Shown here piece by piece: positions 1 through 9,379 of a stretch of 64,000 nt of DNA. Location: the IMG/VR virus record IMGVR_UViG_2698537050_000003, positions 20,010 through 84,009 of that record; one strand, given 5' to 3'. Both the position numbers and the translations under genes were made by a program. This DNA is from a virus. Taxonomy: Duplodnaviria > Caudoviricetes. Position 1 is the first letter of the stretch; every line of letters begins with the position of its first letter. The notes below the pieces were generated by a model that searched no databases, was not told the origin of the DNA, and saw nothing but the letters and a program-made list of their open reading frames with translations.

Positions 1-82
1 ACGGCCATGGACATGATTCAAGCTCCGAAACCGGCGCCTCGGATCATGCGCTATGAACTTAAAGCAAAAGGAGGACTGAGCA

Positions 83-448
83 ATGGCACAGAGAATTGCG
101 GGCATCGCCTTCCTGACCGTGGATGGCGATCAACTGGCGCTGCGCGGCAACTTCACCGTCAGCCCGTCGCCTGTCGAGCGAACCATGATCGCGGGGCAGG
201 ACGGCGTGCATGGCTATCAGGAGTTGCCGCGCGTGCCCTACATCGAGGGCGATCTGTCAACGGTGCCCGGTCTCTCGCTGGAGACCTTGCTTGCCGAGAC
301 CGACGTTACCGTGGTCGCGCAGCTCGCCAACAAGATGCAGTACGTGCTGACCAGCGCGACCTGCAAGGGCGGCTTCGAGAACAACACCCGTGATGGTCAG
401 GTTCGCGTGCGCTGGGAAGGCCTGACCTGTGAGGAGATGAGTCTGTGA
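83..448 (+). CDS. Phage tail tube protein (Mu gpM-like)
   Basis: 121 aa, RBS AGGAGG upstream, motif GQDGVHGYQELPRVPYIEG typical of Mu-like tubes; precedes the chaperone and tape measure. Confidence 0.85.
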   Translation: MAQRIAGIAFLTVDGDQLALRGNFTVSPSPVERTMIAGQDGVHGYQELPRVPYIEGDLSTVPGLSLETLLAETDVTVVAQLANKMQYVLTSATCKGGFENNTRDGQVRVRWEGLTCEEMSL

Positions 449-888
449 ATATCAATCCAAAACGCGAAGGCTTCATCGAGGACAAGCCGCCGCTGGAGCA
501 TGAACCGGCACCAGCGCCTGCGGGCACCAAGCGCGCGGCACCGCCGCCCGAGATCGAGCCGTCCCCGGCAGACCTGCCACCGCTTGAGCAGGATGACGAA
601 TGGCCGATGCTCGTTGTGCTGAAGAAACCGATCCGCAACAATCGCGGCGAGGAGATCAAGGAGGTTTCGCTGCGCGAGCCGCGCGCTGGCGACATCAACC
701 GCTATGGCAATCCGGTGCGCTTCAACAAGGAGGGCGACATCGTCCACGACGAGCGCAAGATGACGTACATGATCGCCGCGCTGTCGGGCATCCTCCCGCC
801 GTTCATCGAGGAGATGCATCCGCGCGACTGGAACACCTGCGCCTATAAGCTGACCCGTTTTTTTCTTCCCGATCCAGCGGTCTGGTAG
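445..888 (+). CDS. Tail assembly chaperone (Mu gp41/P2 gpE-like)
   Basis: GTGA overlap with the tube gene; LKKPI..EVSLREPRAGD..IEEMHPRDW pattern; lies between tube and tape measure. Confidence 0.8.
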   Translation: MNINPKREGFIEDKPPLEHEPAPAPAGTKRAAPPPEIEPSPADLPPLEQDDEWPMLVVLKKPIRNNRGEEIKEVSLREPRAGDINRYGNPVRFNKEGDIVHDERKMTYMIAALSGILPPFIEEMHPRDWNTCAYKLTRFFLPDPAVW

Positions 889-1052
889 GCAGCGAGCAGG
901 ACATCATCCTCGACTGCTATCGATTGGCGCGCTGGTATCACGTCAGCCCTGAAGTGTTTTTGTCGATGACGATCAGCGAGGTCGGGCTGCATGTGCAACG
1001 CACATGGGAGTGCCAGCAGGCTCAGAAGGCAGCAACCAGCGATGACGAATAA
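858..1052 (+). other. Predicted -1 programmed frameshift site and C-terminal extension of the tail chaperone (gpE+E'-like)
   Basis: T-TTT-TTT at 858-864; the -1 frame is open as SSRSSGLVGSEQDIILDCYRLARWYHVSPEVFLSMTISEVGLHVQRTWECQQAQKAATSDDE and ends at TAA 1050-1052, overlapping the tape-measure ATG. Confidence 0.8.
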
Positions 1053-3367
1053 TGGCCACTGAACAGGAAGAGCTGCGCTTAACCGTCACGCTGGCGGACA
1101 ACGCTTCCGCTGGGCTGGAAAAGCTGCAGGCGCAGATCAAGGAACTCGGCGGCGGCGGCGGCGCGGGCGGCAACAAGCACATCGAAAAACTGAACGAAGG
1201 GACCAAGGCTCTCACCGAAACCGTCATGAAGATGACCGGCAGCTTCGGCGAGGCATTCAAGAGTCTCGGCATGCTGCGCCTCGGCTTCATCGGCGGCGTG
1301 GCTGGCGTTGCGGCCTTCGGTTACGAGATGGCGAAGCAGCTCAAAGACCTCGGCGAGTATACTGACAAGCTGCGCAACATCGGACAGATAGGAAAGAACA
1401 TCGGCGTTGATCGTGTCGCGATCAAAAATATTGCCGACCAGCTCGCCGTGTACGGCGTCAGCCTCGACCAGACCACTGCGAGCGCCATAAAGTTTGCAGA
1501 AAAAATGGCCGAGCTGCAGCGCGATCCCAGAGCCAGGCTGGGCATCCTGCAGCAGACCGATCCGCGCCATGCGGCGGACATGAATGCAAGGATCGACGCG
1601 CTCAACAGGGCCACGCAGATCGAGGACAAGCTGAACATCGTTCGCCAGATTGGCGAGGATGTGCGCCGCAACGCCAGAGCGCGCGGCGAGAGCGAAGAGC
1701 GCGCCGCCGACGAAGCGCGCCAAGCCAGAGCACTGTTCGGTTACGATCAAGAGCTGTCCTATGCGGGCGAACTCAAAAAACGAAATGCCGAGCAAAAGAC
1801 AGCCGACGATGCGCGCAATGCTGCTGCCGATCACTACTCCGAGACGCTCGGCAAAATAAAGGGCCTGCTGGAGGACATCTCCAATATTCAGTCGAGCAGG
1901 CTAGTGAACTGGTTTACGCCAGCCGCTGAACAGTTCGAGCGAATCCTGGGCCACCTCAAGGAAGGGATCGAGGGCGCGATGGCCGAGCCGGGCGGCGCGC
2001 GTGGATTCTATCAGCGACTGTTGAAGGAGCGCGAGGAGCGACAGCCGCATTCGTTTGAAGACCGATGGCCTCGCGAGGAGGAGCAACTCAAGCCTTGGCA
2101 GCCGGGTGGCGTGCAAAAGCAGAGCTATCGCGGCATGGGCATCGACGGCAGCCTGCTGCATCAGACGGCGTTTGTCACCGAAGACCACAAGAAGGGCGTT
2201 GACGCCAACACCGAGCAGCTCAAGCGATTGAACGATCTGCTGATGCAGGCGATGGGTCTGAGCGGCAGCGCTGCCGGTGGCGGCGGTTTCCAGAACGCTG
2301 CGCTGGCGACTGGCGGGCCTTTCGGTGGCGGCGGCCTTGCAGGGCGCGGCACCATACCGCGCGGCTTCGGCGGCGGCGGCTATGCCAATCTCGGCACCAC
2401 CTACGGTGGGGCTGCCGCTGCTGTTGGCGCTGGCGTAGACAGTGGCGCAGCCCGCAGCGGCCCCACACCGCGCGGCGGCGGTGGTGGCGGCGGCGGTCCT
2501 GCTGCTGCTGCTGGCGTTGATGGTGGCGCGGCCCGCACACCGCGCATGTCGCAGAGCAGACGCGAGGTAGCGCAGATCGCCGCGGGAGCGTTGCGCGCTG
2601 GCGGCATGTCGGAGAACATGGTCGCGGGCATCTTCGCCAACGTCGCCGACGAGAGTTCGTTCAACCCCAATCTGCGCCATCCCGATCAGCCGAAGTTCGG
2701 CGGCGAAGCCCACTTCGCGCATGGCCTTTACCAGGAGGGCGGCACCGAGTGGAATAACTACGCGGCATGGATCGCGAAGAATCATCCCGATGGCAACTGG
2801 CGCGATCCGAAGCTGCAGAGTGACTTCCTCGCCGAGAATCTGAAGAAGAACTATCCCGGCACATGGAAGCGGATGCAGGCCGCGAGATCACCCGGCGAAG
2901 CCGGATCGATCTTCGTCAACGAATATCTGAAGCCAGCCGCAGGCTACCGCATCAGTCGCAGCAACAAGTATCTGCGCGGCGTCCCCGGCGTGAGCGCCTA
3001 TACGGGTGCCGATCAAATCACGTCAGCAGCTCCGACGGTACCGTCCTCGCCACAGACCGCTGCTGATCAGCCTGCACCATCCACGCTGACACCGGAGCAG
3101 CTCCGTGCCTACGGCGAGCGCAGGCTGATGAACCAGCCGGGCGATCTGACAAGGGAGAACCTGCTCGCGCACGCGCGGCGAAGCATGGATGCCGAACAGA
3201 ACGCCGCCACCAAGGTCGAGGGCAACGCCAAGATCAGGGTCGATGTCAACGCGCCGAAGGGTACCAATGTCGGGGCCGAGGCCAGCGGCCTGTTCAGCAC
3301 CGTCGAGACCTATCGCCAGACCCAGATGGCTCCCGCAAATCGCGGGCCGCCTGCGGAGACGCCATGA
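1052..3367 (+). CDS. Tape measure protein with C-terminal phage-tail lysozyme-like domain
   Basis: 771 aa; helical N-half, Gly/Ala linker, then AGIFANVADESSFNPN...GLYQ pattern of tail lysozymes. Confidence 0.8.
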   Translation: MATEQEELRLTVTLADNASAGLEKLQAQIKELGGGGGAGGNKHIEKLNEGTKALTETVMKMTGSFGEAFKSLGMLRLGFIGGVAGVAAFGYEMAKQLKDLGEYTDKLRNIGQIGKNIGVDRVAIKNIADQLAVYGVSLDQTTASAIKFAEKMAELQRDPRARLGILQQTDPRHAADMNARIDALNRATQIEDKLNIVRQIGEDVRRNARARGESEERAADEARQARALFGYDQELSYAGELKKRNAEQKTADDARNAAADHYSETLGKIKGLLEDISNIQSSRLVNWFTPAAEQFERILGHLKEGIEGAMAEPGGARGFYQRLLKEREERQPHSFEDRWPREEEQLKPWQPGGVQKQSYRGMGIDGSLLHQTAFVTEDHKKGVDANTEQLKRLNDLLMQAMGLSGSAAGGGGFQNAALATGGPFGGGGLAGRGTIPRGFGGGGYANLGTTYGGAAAAVGAGVDSGAARSGPTPRGGGGGGGGPAAAAGVDGGAARTPRMSQSRREVAQIAAGALRAGGMSENMVAGIFANVADESSFNPNLRHPDQPKFGGEAHFAHGLYQEGGTEWNNYAAWIAKNHPDGNWRDPKLQSDFLAENLKKNYPGTWKRMQAARSPGEAGSIFVNEYLKPAAGYRISRSNKYLRGVPGVSAYTGADQITSAAPTVPSSPQTAADQPAPSTLTPEQLRAYGERRLMNQPGDLTRENLLAHARRSMDAEQNAATKVEGNAKIRVDVNAPKGTNVGAEASGLFSTVETYRQTQMAPANRGPPAETP

Positions 3368-3933
3368 CCAATATCTTCGATCTGCCAGCAGTATGGCGCG
3401 CGAGGATGATGCCAGCCTCGTTCAACGGGGCGCGCTTCCACTGCGAGAGCAATGCGCGCGAGAGCGGGCGCAGGATTGTCGAGCATCAGTTTCCAAAAAA
3501 CGATTTGCCCTATGCCGAGGACATGGGCCGCGCCGCGCGGGAGTTCACCATTCGCGGCTACTGCATCGTCTTCCCGTTCGAAATGGGCGACGGTCTTCGG
3601 ACGCTCGACTACACCGTCGTGCGCGATGCGCTGATTGCCCAGCTTGAAGCCGAAGGCCCCGGCACGCTGCAGCTGCCAACCCAGTCTTCGCAGCAGGTCG
3701 TCTGTCCCCGCTATCGCGTCACCGAGGAAGAGCGCTTCGGCGGCTATTGCACAATCGACATGACGTTTCAGGAGTACGGCCTCGATCCGTCGCTCGCGGC
3801 ACCGAGCGTTGCGACAGCGACCGCCGTTGCCGATACCGCCCAGGCAGTCGAGAGTCAGGTGCAGCAGTCGCTCGCGCCACCGGGAACGCCATATACAGGG
3901 CCGAACCTCGGCCCGCTGCAGCCCGGCCAATGA
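3364..3933 (+). CDS. DNA circularisation protein N-terminal domain (Mu gpN-like)
   Basis: WR..MMPASFNGARF...GRRIVEHQFP..DLPYAEDMGR motif. Confidence 0.85.
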   Translation: MTNIFDLPAVWRARMMPASFNGARFHCESNARESGRRIVEHQFPKNDLPYAEDMGRAAREFTIRGYCIVFPFEMGDGLRTLDYTVVRDALIAQLEAEGPGTLQLPTQSSQQVVCPRYRVTEEERFGGYCTIDMTFQEYGLDPSLAAPSVATATAVADTAQAVESQVQQSLAPPGTPYTGPNLGPLQPGQ

Positions 3934-4598
3934 AACGCACCGACGCCACCGAAGCCGCTCCGATTGTGGATCGGATGCTGGCAAACCTGATCGCGACCGT
4001 TCCGGCCAAAGGCCGCGCGGGATCAGACGCGCGCAGCGCCATCGGCGACACCCGCGCCAATGCGTTCAAGCTGTGCATCGATGATGCGCTCGGGCCGCCG
4101 CTGGTCCACTGCTTCGCTCTGGCGCGGCAGGCTGGCGCGTCCATGCAGCAGATCGACGTGGTGCGTCAGCAGATCGAACAGGAAGCGCCGGTCACGCTCG
4201 GCGGCCAGCTGATACAGAACGCTGGCATCCGGCTTTGCCTTGCCAGCGAGGCGCGCATCATCGCTGGCATGACCTTCGTCAGCCGACAGGATGTCGAGGC
4301 GATCAAGGCGCAGATGTATCAGCCGTTCTTTGACGCGCAGGAGATCGCCGCCGACGACATGGACCAAGCGACGTTTTCCGCGCTGATCCATCTCAATGGC
4401 GCAATGGTCAACCATCTCGTGGCGACCGCGCGCCCGCTGCCGCGCATGCTGAACTTCCAGTTCTTCGAGCCGCTGCCGTCGCTCATGATGGCATACAAAC
4501 TCTATGATGACGCCTCGCGCTGCGACGAGCTGCGTGAGGAGAACAAGGTCGTGCATCCCGCGTTCTGCCCGCCGACCGGCCAAGCGCTGTCAGCCTGA
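3930..4598 (+). CDS. DNA circularisation protein C-terminal-like protein (second half of gpN)
   Basis: ATGA overlap at 3930; ends in PLPSLMMAYKLYDDASRCDELREENKVVHPAFCP, the typical gpN C-terminus. Confidence 0.75.
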   Translation: MKRTDATEAAPIVDRMLANLIATVPAKGRAGSDARSAIGDTRANAFKLCIDDALGPPLVHCFALARQAGASMQQIDVVRQQIEQEAPVTLGGQLIQNAGIRLCLASEARIIAGMTFVSRQDVEAIKAQMYQPFFDAQEIAADDMDQATFSALIHLNGAMVNHLVATARPLPRMLNFQFFEPLPSLMMAYKLYDDASRCDELREENKVVHPAFCPPTGQALSA

Positions 4599-4600
4599 TC

Positions 4601-5089
4601 GTGGTCGATCTGCATCGCGTCGAGATCGTCTTCGCCAACGTCCTCAAGATCATGGAAGTCGCCGAGGAGCCGCCGCCACGCGGCCACTCGCAAGTCAGGA
4701 TCACGTTCGATGGGTTCGTGATCACAGCAGAAGGTGAGCATGTTATGTACACATTGCCCGTAGACCACACCGTGAAGATGCAGGTCGGCTACGTCGATGC
4801 AGCAGGCAATCCCGCGACCGTCGATGGCGCGGTCGTCTGGCAGTCGTCGGATGTAAGCATCGTCTCGGTATCTGTCGATCCGACCGACAGCACGATCTGC
4901 CGCGCCATTCCGGTTGGAAGCCTCGGCCAGGCGCAGATCACTGCGACCGCTGATGCCGATCTCGGCCAAGGCGTGCGAGGGCTGATCACCACTTGCGAGA
5001 TCGAGATCGTCGGTGGCGAAGCGGTGGCCGGTTCGATCCAGCCGGTCGGCGAGCCTGAACCCATCGGACATCCCGAGCCGCGCGGCTGA
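4601..5089 (+). CDS. Hypothetical beta-rich (Ig-like) virion protein; start may be 4744
   Basis: VVWQSSDVSIVSV...GQAQITATAD resembles Big-type Ig folds; inside the tail operon. Confidence 0.5.
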   Translation: MVDLHRVEIVFANVLKIMEVAEEPPPRGHSQVRITFDGFVITAEGEHVMYTLPVDHTVKMQVGYVDAAGNPATVDGAVVWQSSDVSIVSVSVDPTDSTICRAIPVGSLGQAQITATADADLGQGVRGLITTCEIEIVGGEAVAGSIQPVGEPEPIGHPEPRG

Positions 5090-5095
5090 TGATGC

Positions 5096-6169
5096 ATGCC
5101 GAAGCCGGAAGAGATCGCCGTTCTTGAGGTCAACGGCAGACAATTCGATGACTGGGAATCGGTTTGGGTGCAGCTGCGGGCGAACGATCCCTACGCTTAT
5201 TTCCGCTTCACCGCCGCCGAGCGCGATCCGATCTTCTGTGTCGCCAACGTCTTCCCGCAATGGCAGAAGCTGCAGTTCAAGCCGGGAGACAGATGCACCA
5301 TCACGCTGGCTGGCCAGCTCGCCGTCACCGGCATGATCGAGGTGCGGCAGGTTGCCTATGATGCTCACCAGCACGGCGTGATGCTGATCGGGAAAACCGA
5401 CACCCACGCGCCCGCCAAATCAAGCGTCGATACCAAGACCGGCAACTTTGACGGCAAGCACATCCAGCAGATCGCGCAGGAAGTGATCGCGCCATACGGT
5501 GTTGGCCTGAAGGTGATCGGCCAGCTCGACCTGACGCCGTTCAAGCATATGCAGAACGAGAAGGGCGAACTGATCTGGGACTTCCTGGAGCGCATTGCAC
5601 GGTTTCGCGGCGTCATCATGGGGTCCGACGAGCAAGGCAATTTTCTGCTGATCGGCGATCACAGCTATCAAAAGACCGCCGACCTGATCGAAGGCGTCAA
5701 CATCAAGAGCTGCCAATGCACCATCTCGCACGAGCAGACCTATCTGCAGCTCGACGCGCACGGGCAGCAGGAAGGGAGCGACGACACCTCCGGGCCAGCG
5801 AGCAGTGAGCTGACCGCGACGGCGACCGGCAAGGTGGCCACACCCTACACCAAGCTGATCACACCATCCGAGCAGCCGGTTTCGCAGGCTGAGCTGCAGA
5901 AGCGTGCCGACACTGAGAAAAAATGGAGCGACGGCACTGAGGTGCAGGCCAACATCACGGTGCAAGGCTGGCTGCGCGGCGGCACTGCACTGTGGAAACC
6001 GCTTGATGAGGTCTTCGTCAAGTCGCCGATGGCGATGCTGAACGACCAGCTGAAGATTCGCACCGCGACGTTCACGCAGGACAACCAGAACGGCACGCAG
6101 ACGCTGCTCGATCTGGTGATCCCCGGTCTGCTCAACGGAAGCCTGAATCTCGATCCGTCAGGAGGATGA
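5096..6169 (+). CDS. Baseplate hub protein (Mu gpP/gp44-like)
   Basis: LEVNGRQFDDWESVWV, KPGDRCTITLAGQLAVTGMIE, GELIWDFLERIAR, ITVQGW motifs. Confidence 0.85.
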   Translation: MPKPEEIAVLEVNGRQFDDWESVWVQLRANDPYAYFRFTAAERDPIFCVANVFPQWQKLQFKPGDRCTITLAGQLAVTGMIEVRQVAYDAHQHGVMLIGKTDTHAPAKSSVDTKTGNFDGKHIQQIAQEVIAPYGVGLKVIGQLDLTPFKHMQNEKGELIWDFLERIARFRGVIMGSDEQGNFLLIGDHSYQKTADLIEGVNIKSCQCTISHEQTYLQLDAHGQQEGSDDTSGPASSELTATATGKVATPYTKLITPSEQPVSQAELQKRADTEKKWSDGTEVQANITVQGWLRGGTALWKPLDEVFVKSPMAMLNDQLKIRTATFTQDNQNGTQTLLDLVIPGLLNGSLNLDPSGG

Positions 6170-6173
6170 AACC

Positions 6174-6971
6174 ATGCATCGCGCCACACCGCTCAATTCA
6201 TCGATGCGGGGCTATTGCGGCGGCGGCGCTCGCAGCTGCGTCGATCAGGTCGATGACACCAAGCTGATGCAGGAGATGGCCGGAAACTTCATGGCCAACG
6301 AGACCCGCAAGGAGATCGAAGCGCCGCAGAACTATGGCTTCAGCAGCGTGGTGTTCGATGCCGAGAAGGGACAGGACGGAAAGATACAGGCCTGCGCCGA
6401 GACCTTCATCGGCTTCATGGGCAGCAACCGATCATTGCCGGTCACCGGCAACATGGATGACCGGCGTCACCGTCTCTACAAGCTGGAGAAGGGCGACACC
6501 GCGATGTTTCGCGGTCGCGGCGACAAGCAGCAATTTCACATGACGCAGGACGGCGGCTTCTGGACCGCGCCGCAGGACAAGACCGTGCGCATGCAGCTCG
6601 TCCAGCAGGACAGCGAGAGCAATGCGACGGTGCAGCAAGGCGGCGGCTCGGGCAGTTCGGGCGGCGGCGCAGCGCCCGCACTGCGTGACGGATCGACCTC
6701 GAACGGCTCTTCGGGCAGCGGCCAGCAGAAGCGCGGGCAGCAAGCGCTCTACAAGGACGGCCAGAAATCGCCGCTGTTCGTTGAAGTCACCAAGGCCAAG
6801 ACCCGCATCTCGGGCGCGACGGCGCACATGACGCTCGATGACGGCAACACCTACGTTCACTGCAACACCGACAAGAACGTCTATCTCGGAGCGGAAGCTG
6901 GCAAGGGCAGCTTCGACTTTGTGGTGACGCTGTCGGGGCCATGCGTCAACACCAAGGGCAAGATCGGCTGA
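6174..6971 (+). CDS. Baseplate spike/assembly protein (Mu gp45-like)
   Basis: EAPQNYGFSS and DDRRHRLYKLEKGDTAMF motifs; gene order. Confidence 0.8.
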   Translation: MHRATPLNSSMRGYCGGGARSCVDQVDDTKLMQEMAGNFMANETRKEIEAPQNYGFSSVVFDAEKGQDGKIQACAETFIGFMGSNRSLPVTGNMDDRRHRLYKLEKGDTAMFRGRGDKQQFHMTQDGGFWTAPQDKTVRMQLVQQDSESNATVQQGGGSGSSGGGAAPALRDGSTSNGSSGSGQQKRGQQALYKDGQKSPLFVEVTKAKTRISGATAHMTLDDGNTYVHCNTDKNVYLGAEAGKGSFDFVVTLSGPCVNTKGKIG

Positions 6972-6975
6972 CACG

Positions 6976-7491
6976 ATGCCGACCTACAATGTCCCCGATA
7001 TCCGGCTGGTCCAGAACACCATCTTTCCGAAATACTCGGTCACGCTCGACTGGTCGCTGCTGCCGAACGGCACGCTGGATGACACGCAGGCGCTGGCCAC
7101 GGCGGTCTGCGTGGCGCTCGGCACCAATGCGCTGGCAGGCCCGCAGGACGAGCTGCCCGATCCCGACAGCAATGAGCGCTGCGGCTGGTGGGGCGATCTC
7201 GACGCCGAGCTGATCTGGAACGGCTGGCCCATCGGATCGAAGCTGTGGCTGCTGCGCCGCGCCAAGATCAATTCGGCATCGGCCCGCGACGGTTCGACCT
7301 TGATGATGGTCGAGAACTACATCCGCGATGCGATCCAGCCATTCGTTGATCACAAAATCTGCTCCAGCTTCGCGATCTGGACCACGCGCGTGAACACCCA
7401 GCGCATCGATGCGCTGTTGCGGCTCTACCGAGGCCCGCTGCCGCCAGTCGAGCTGGAATATCAAGTGTTATGGGACAACATGGGGCCATAG
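6976..7491 (+). CDS. Baseplate wedge protein (Mu gp46 family)
   Basis: LATAVCVALGT...GWWGD...IGSKLWLLRRAK. Confidence 0.88.
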   Translation: MPTYNVPDIRLVQNTIFPKYSVTLDWSLLPNGTLDDTQALATAVCVALGTNALAGPQDELPDPDSNERCGWWGDLDAELIWNGWPIGSKLWLLRRAKINSASARDGSTLMMVENYIRDAIQPFVDHKICSSFAIWTTRVNTQRIDALLRLYRGPLPPVELEYQVLWDNMGP

Positions 7492-8607
7492 ATGCCGTGG
7501 ACCACGCCGACGCTGCGCGATGTTCGCTCGCTGGTGCGCGATGCCGTCTGGGCATCGCTGCCGGGGTCCGATGCCAATGTGCCGAACAGTGTGCTGCGCG
7601 TCATGTCCGACAATCAGGGCGCGCTCTGCCATCTGACGCTGCAATATGTTGACTGGCTGTCTCTGCAGCTCTTGCCCGACACCGCCGAGACCGAATGGCT
7701 CGACCGGCACGGCAACATCTGGCTGGTCAATGCCGACGGCTCGAAGGGCCGCAAGATGGCCACGCTGGCCAGCGGCCCCGCCAGCTTCTTCGGATTGATC
7801 GACGGCACCGTGGTGCCTGCTTTCACGCAGCTGCAGAGTGGCGTCGGCATGCCGGTCGGCGCGGACTCGCCGAACCAGGTGGTGACGTTCGAGACGCTTG
7901 AGGACATCACCACCGCGATTGCCGCGCCGGTCACCGGCAACATCCGCGCACTTGACCCCGGCTCGTTCGGCAATCTGCCGGATGGCTCGACGCTGACGAT
8001 CAATCCGCCAGTCCCCGGCGTCGGCTCGTCGGTGACGGTCATCCACCTGACTGGCGGCACCGACACCGAGACCGATGATCAGCTGCGCGCCCGCATCCTG
8101 CAGCGCATCCGCAACCCACCGATGGGCGGCGCTGCGGCTGACTACGTCGCGTGGGCCTTGGCGGTCCCCGGCGTCACCCGAGCATGGGCCGCGCCAGAGC
8201 AAGGCGTCGGCACCATCACGGTGCGCTTCCTGATGGACGATCTGCGCGCTTCCGACGACGGCTGGCCGACGCCGGAAGATGTCCAGACGGTGGCCGACTA
8301 CATCGACAGCAAGCGGCCCGTCACGGTGATGGGCTGCTACGTGCTCGCGCCGATCAAGCAGTTCATCGACATCACTATCGCCAACCTCGTGCCCAACACC
8401 ACCGAGGCGCAGGCCGAGATCGAGACGAGCGTGCAGCAGATGCTGTTCCAGATGGCGGCACCGGGCCAGACGATCTATGCGGCATGGGTCTGCTATGCGA
8501 TCATGAATGCACCGAGCGTGCAGTCGTTCAGCCTCGTCACCACCGCCGACTATGTGATGCCGTCGCTCGGGCACATGGCCGTGCTCGACACCATCCTTTA
8601 CGAGTGA
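7492..8607 (+). CDS. Baseplate J/gp47 family protein
   Basis: LLPDTAETEWLDRHG, GGTDTETDDQLRARIL..PPMGGAAADYVAWALAVPGVTRAW. Confidence 0.92.
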   Translation: MPWTTPTLRDVRSLVRDAVWASLPGSDANVPNSVLRVMSDNQGALCHLTLQYVDWLSLQLLPDTAETEWLDRHGNIWLVNADGSKGRKMATLASGPASFFGLIDGTVVPAFTQLQSGVGMPVGADSPNQVVTFETLEDITTAIAAPVTGNIRALDPGSFGNLPDGSTLTINPPVPGVGSSVTVIHLTGGTDTETDDQLRARILQRIRNPPMGGAAADYVAWALAVPGVTRAWAAPEQGVGTITVRFLMDDLRASDDGWPTPEDVQTVADYIDSKRPVTVMGCYVLAPIKQFIDITIANLVPNTTEAQAEIETSVQQMLFQMAAPGQTIYAAWVCYAIMNAPSVQSFSLVTTADYVMPSLGHMAVLDTILYE

Positions 8608-8611
8608 TGCC

Positions 8612-9379
8612 GTGAGCGACCGGCATATCCGCAGGTCAGGCTCGGACTACACCGACGCCTTCCTGTCGCTGCTGCCGCAGGGCCAGGCATGGCCGAAGCA
8701 CGCGCCCGGCAGCGCGATGGTGCAGGGCATCACCGGCCTGTGTGACTACTGGGGCTTTGTCGATGGACGCGCCGCCGATCTCTTGGAGATCGAGAGCGAC
8801 CCGCGCAGCACGGTCGAGCTGCTGCCAGACTGGGAGCGCAACTGGGGCCTGCCCGATCCCTGCTATACCGCGCCGCAGACCATCGGCCAGCGCCAGCTCG
8901 CGCTGGTCATGCGCATGACGATGCAGGGCGCGCAGAGCCGCGAGTTCTTCATCAACGTCGCGGCGCAGATCGGCTACACGATCACCATCACCGAGTATCG
9001 CGTCTTCGTCGTCGGCATCGACCGCTGCGGGGACAGCCGCGTCTACGGCGACGGCTCGAACCCGATGTACAACGAATGGGGCCAGCCGATCCTCGACCCG
9101 AGCGGCGAGCCGGTCGCGAATGGCGAGCTGTCGGCGTGGCCGCAATACGGCCTCGGCCCTCCCGCGAACCGCTTCTATTGGACCGTGCATGTACACCAGG
9201 CCTCTCTGGTTTGGTTTCGCGTCACCAAGGGACAGTGCGGCGTCGATCCTCATCTGCGCATCGGGAAGGCCGACGATCTGGACTGTTTGCTCAATCGCTG
9301 GAAGCCAGCACACACCGAAATCATCTTCGACTATTCCGGTCTCGGCGATCCCGGTGATCCGATGGCCGGGACACCATGA
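8612..9379 (+). CDS. Baseplate protein gp48/YmfQ (DUF2313)
   Basis: LLPQGQAW, ELLPDWERNWGLPDPC, LDCLLNRWKPAHT. Confidence 0.88.
   Translation: MSDRHIRRSGSDYTDAFLSLLPQGQAWPKHAPGSAMVQGITGLCDYWGFVDGRAADLLEIESDPRSTVELLPDWERNWGLPDPCYTAPQTIGQRQLALVMRMTMQGAQSREFFINVAAQIGYTITITEYRVFVVGIDRCGDSRVYGDGSNPMYNEWGQPILDPSGEPVANGELSAWPQYGLGPPANRFYWTVHVHQASLVWFRVTKGQCGVDPHLRIGKADDLDCLLNRWKPAHTEIIFDYSGLGDPGDPMAGTP

Noticed and set aside
7-393. 128-aa ORF overlapping the tail tube
   Set aside because: Off-frame shadow of the tube gene; the first codons may be the tail of an upstream gene that cannot be identified.
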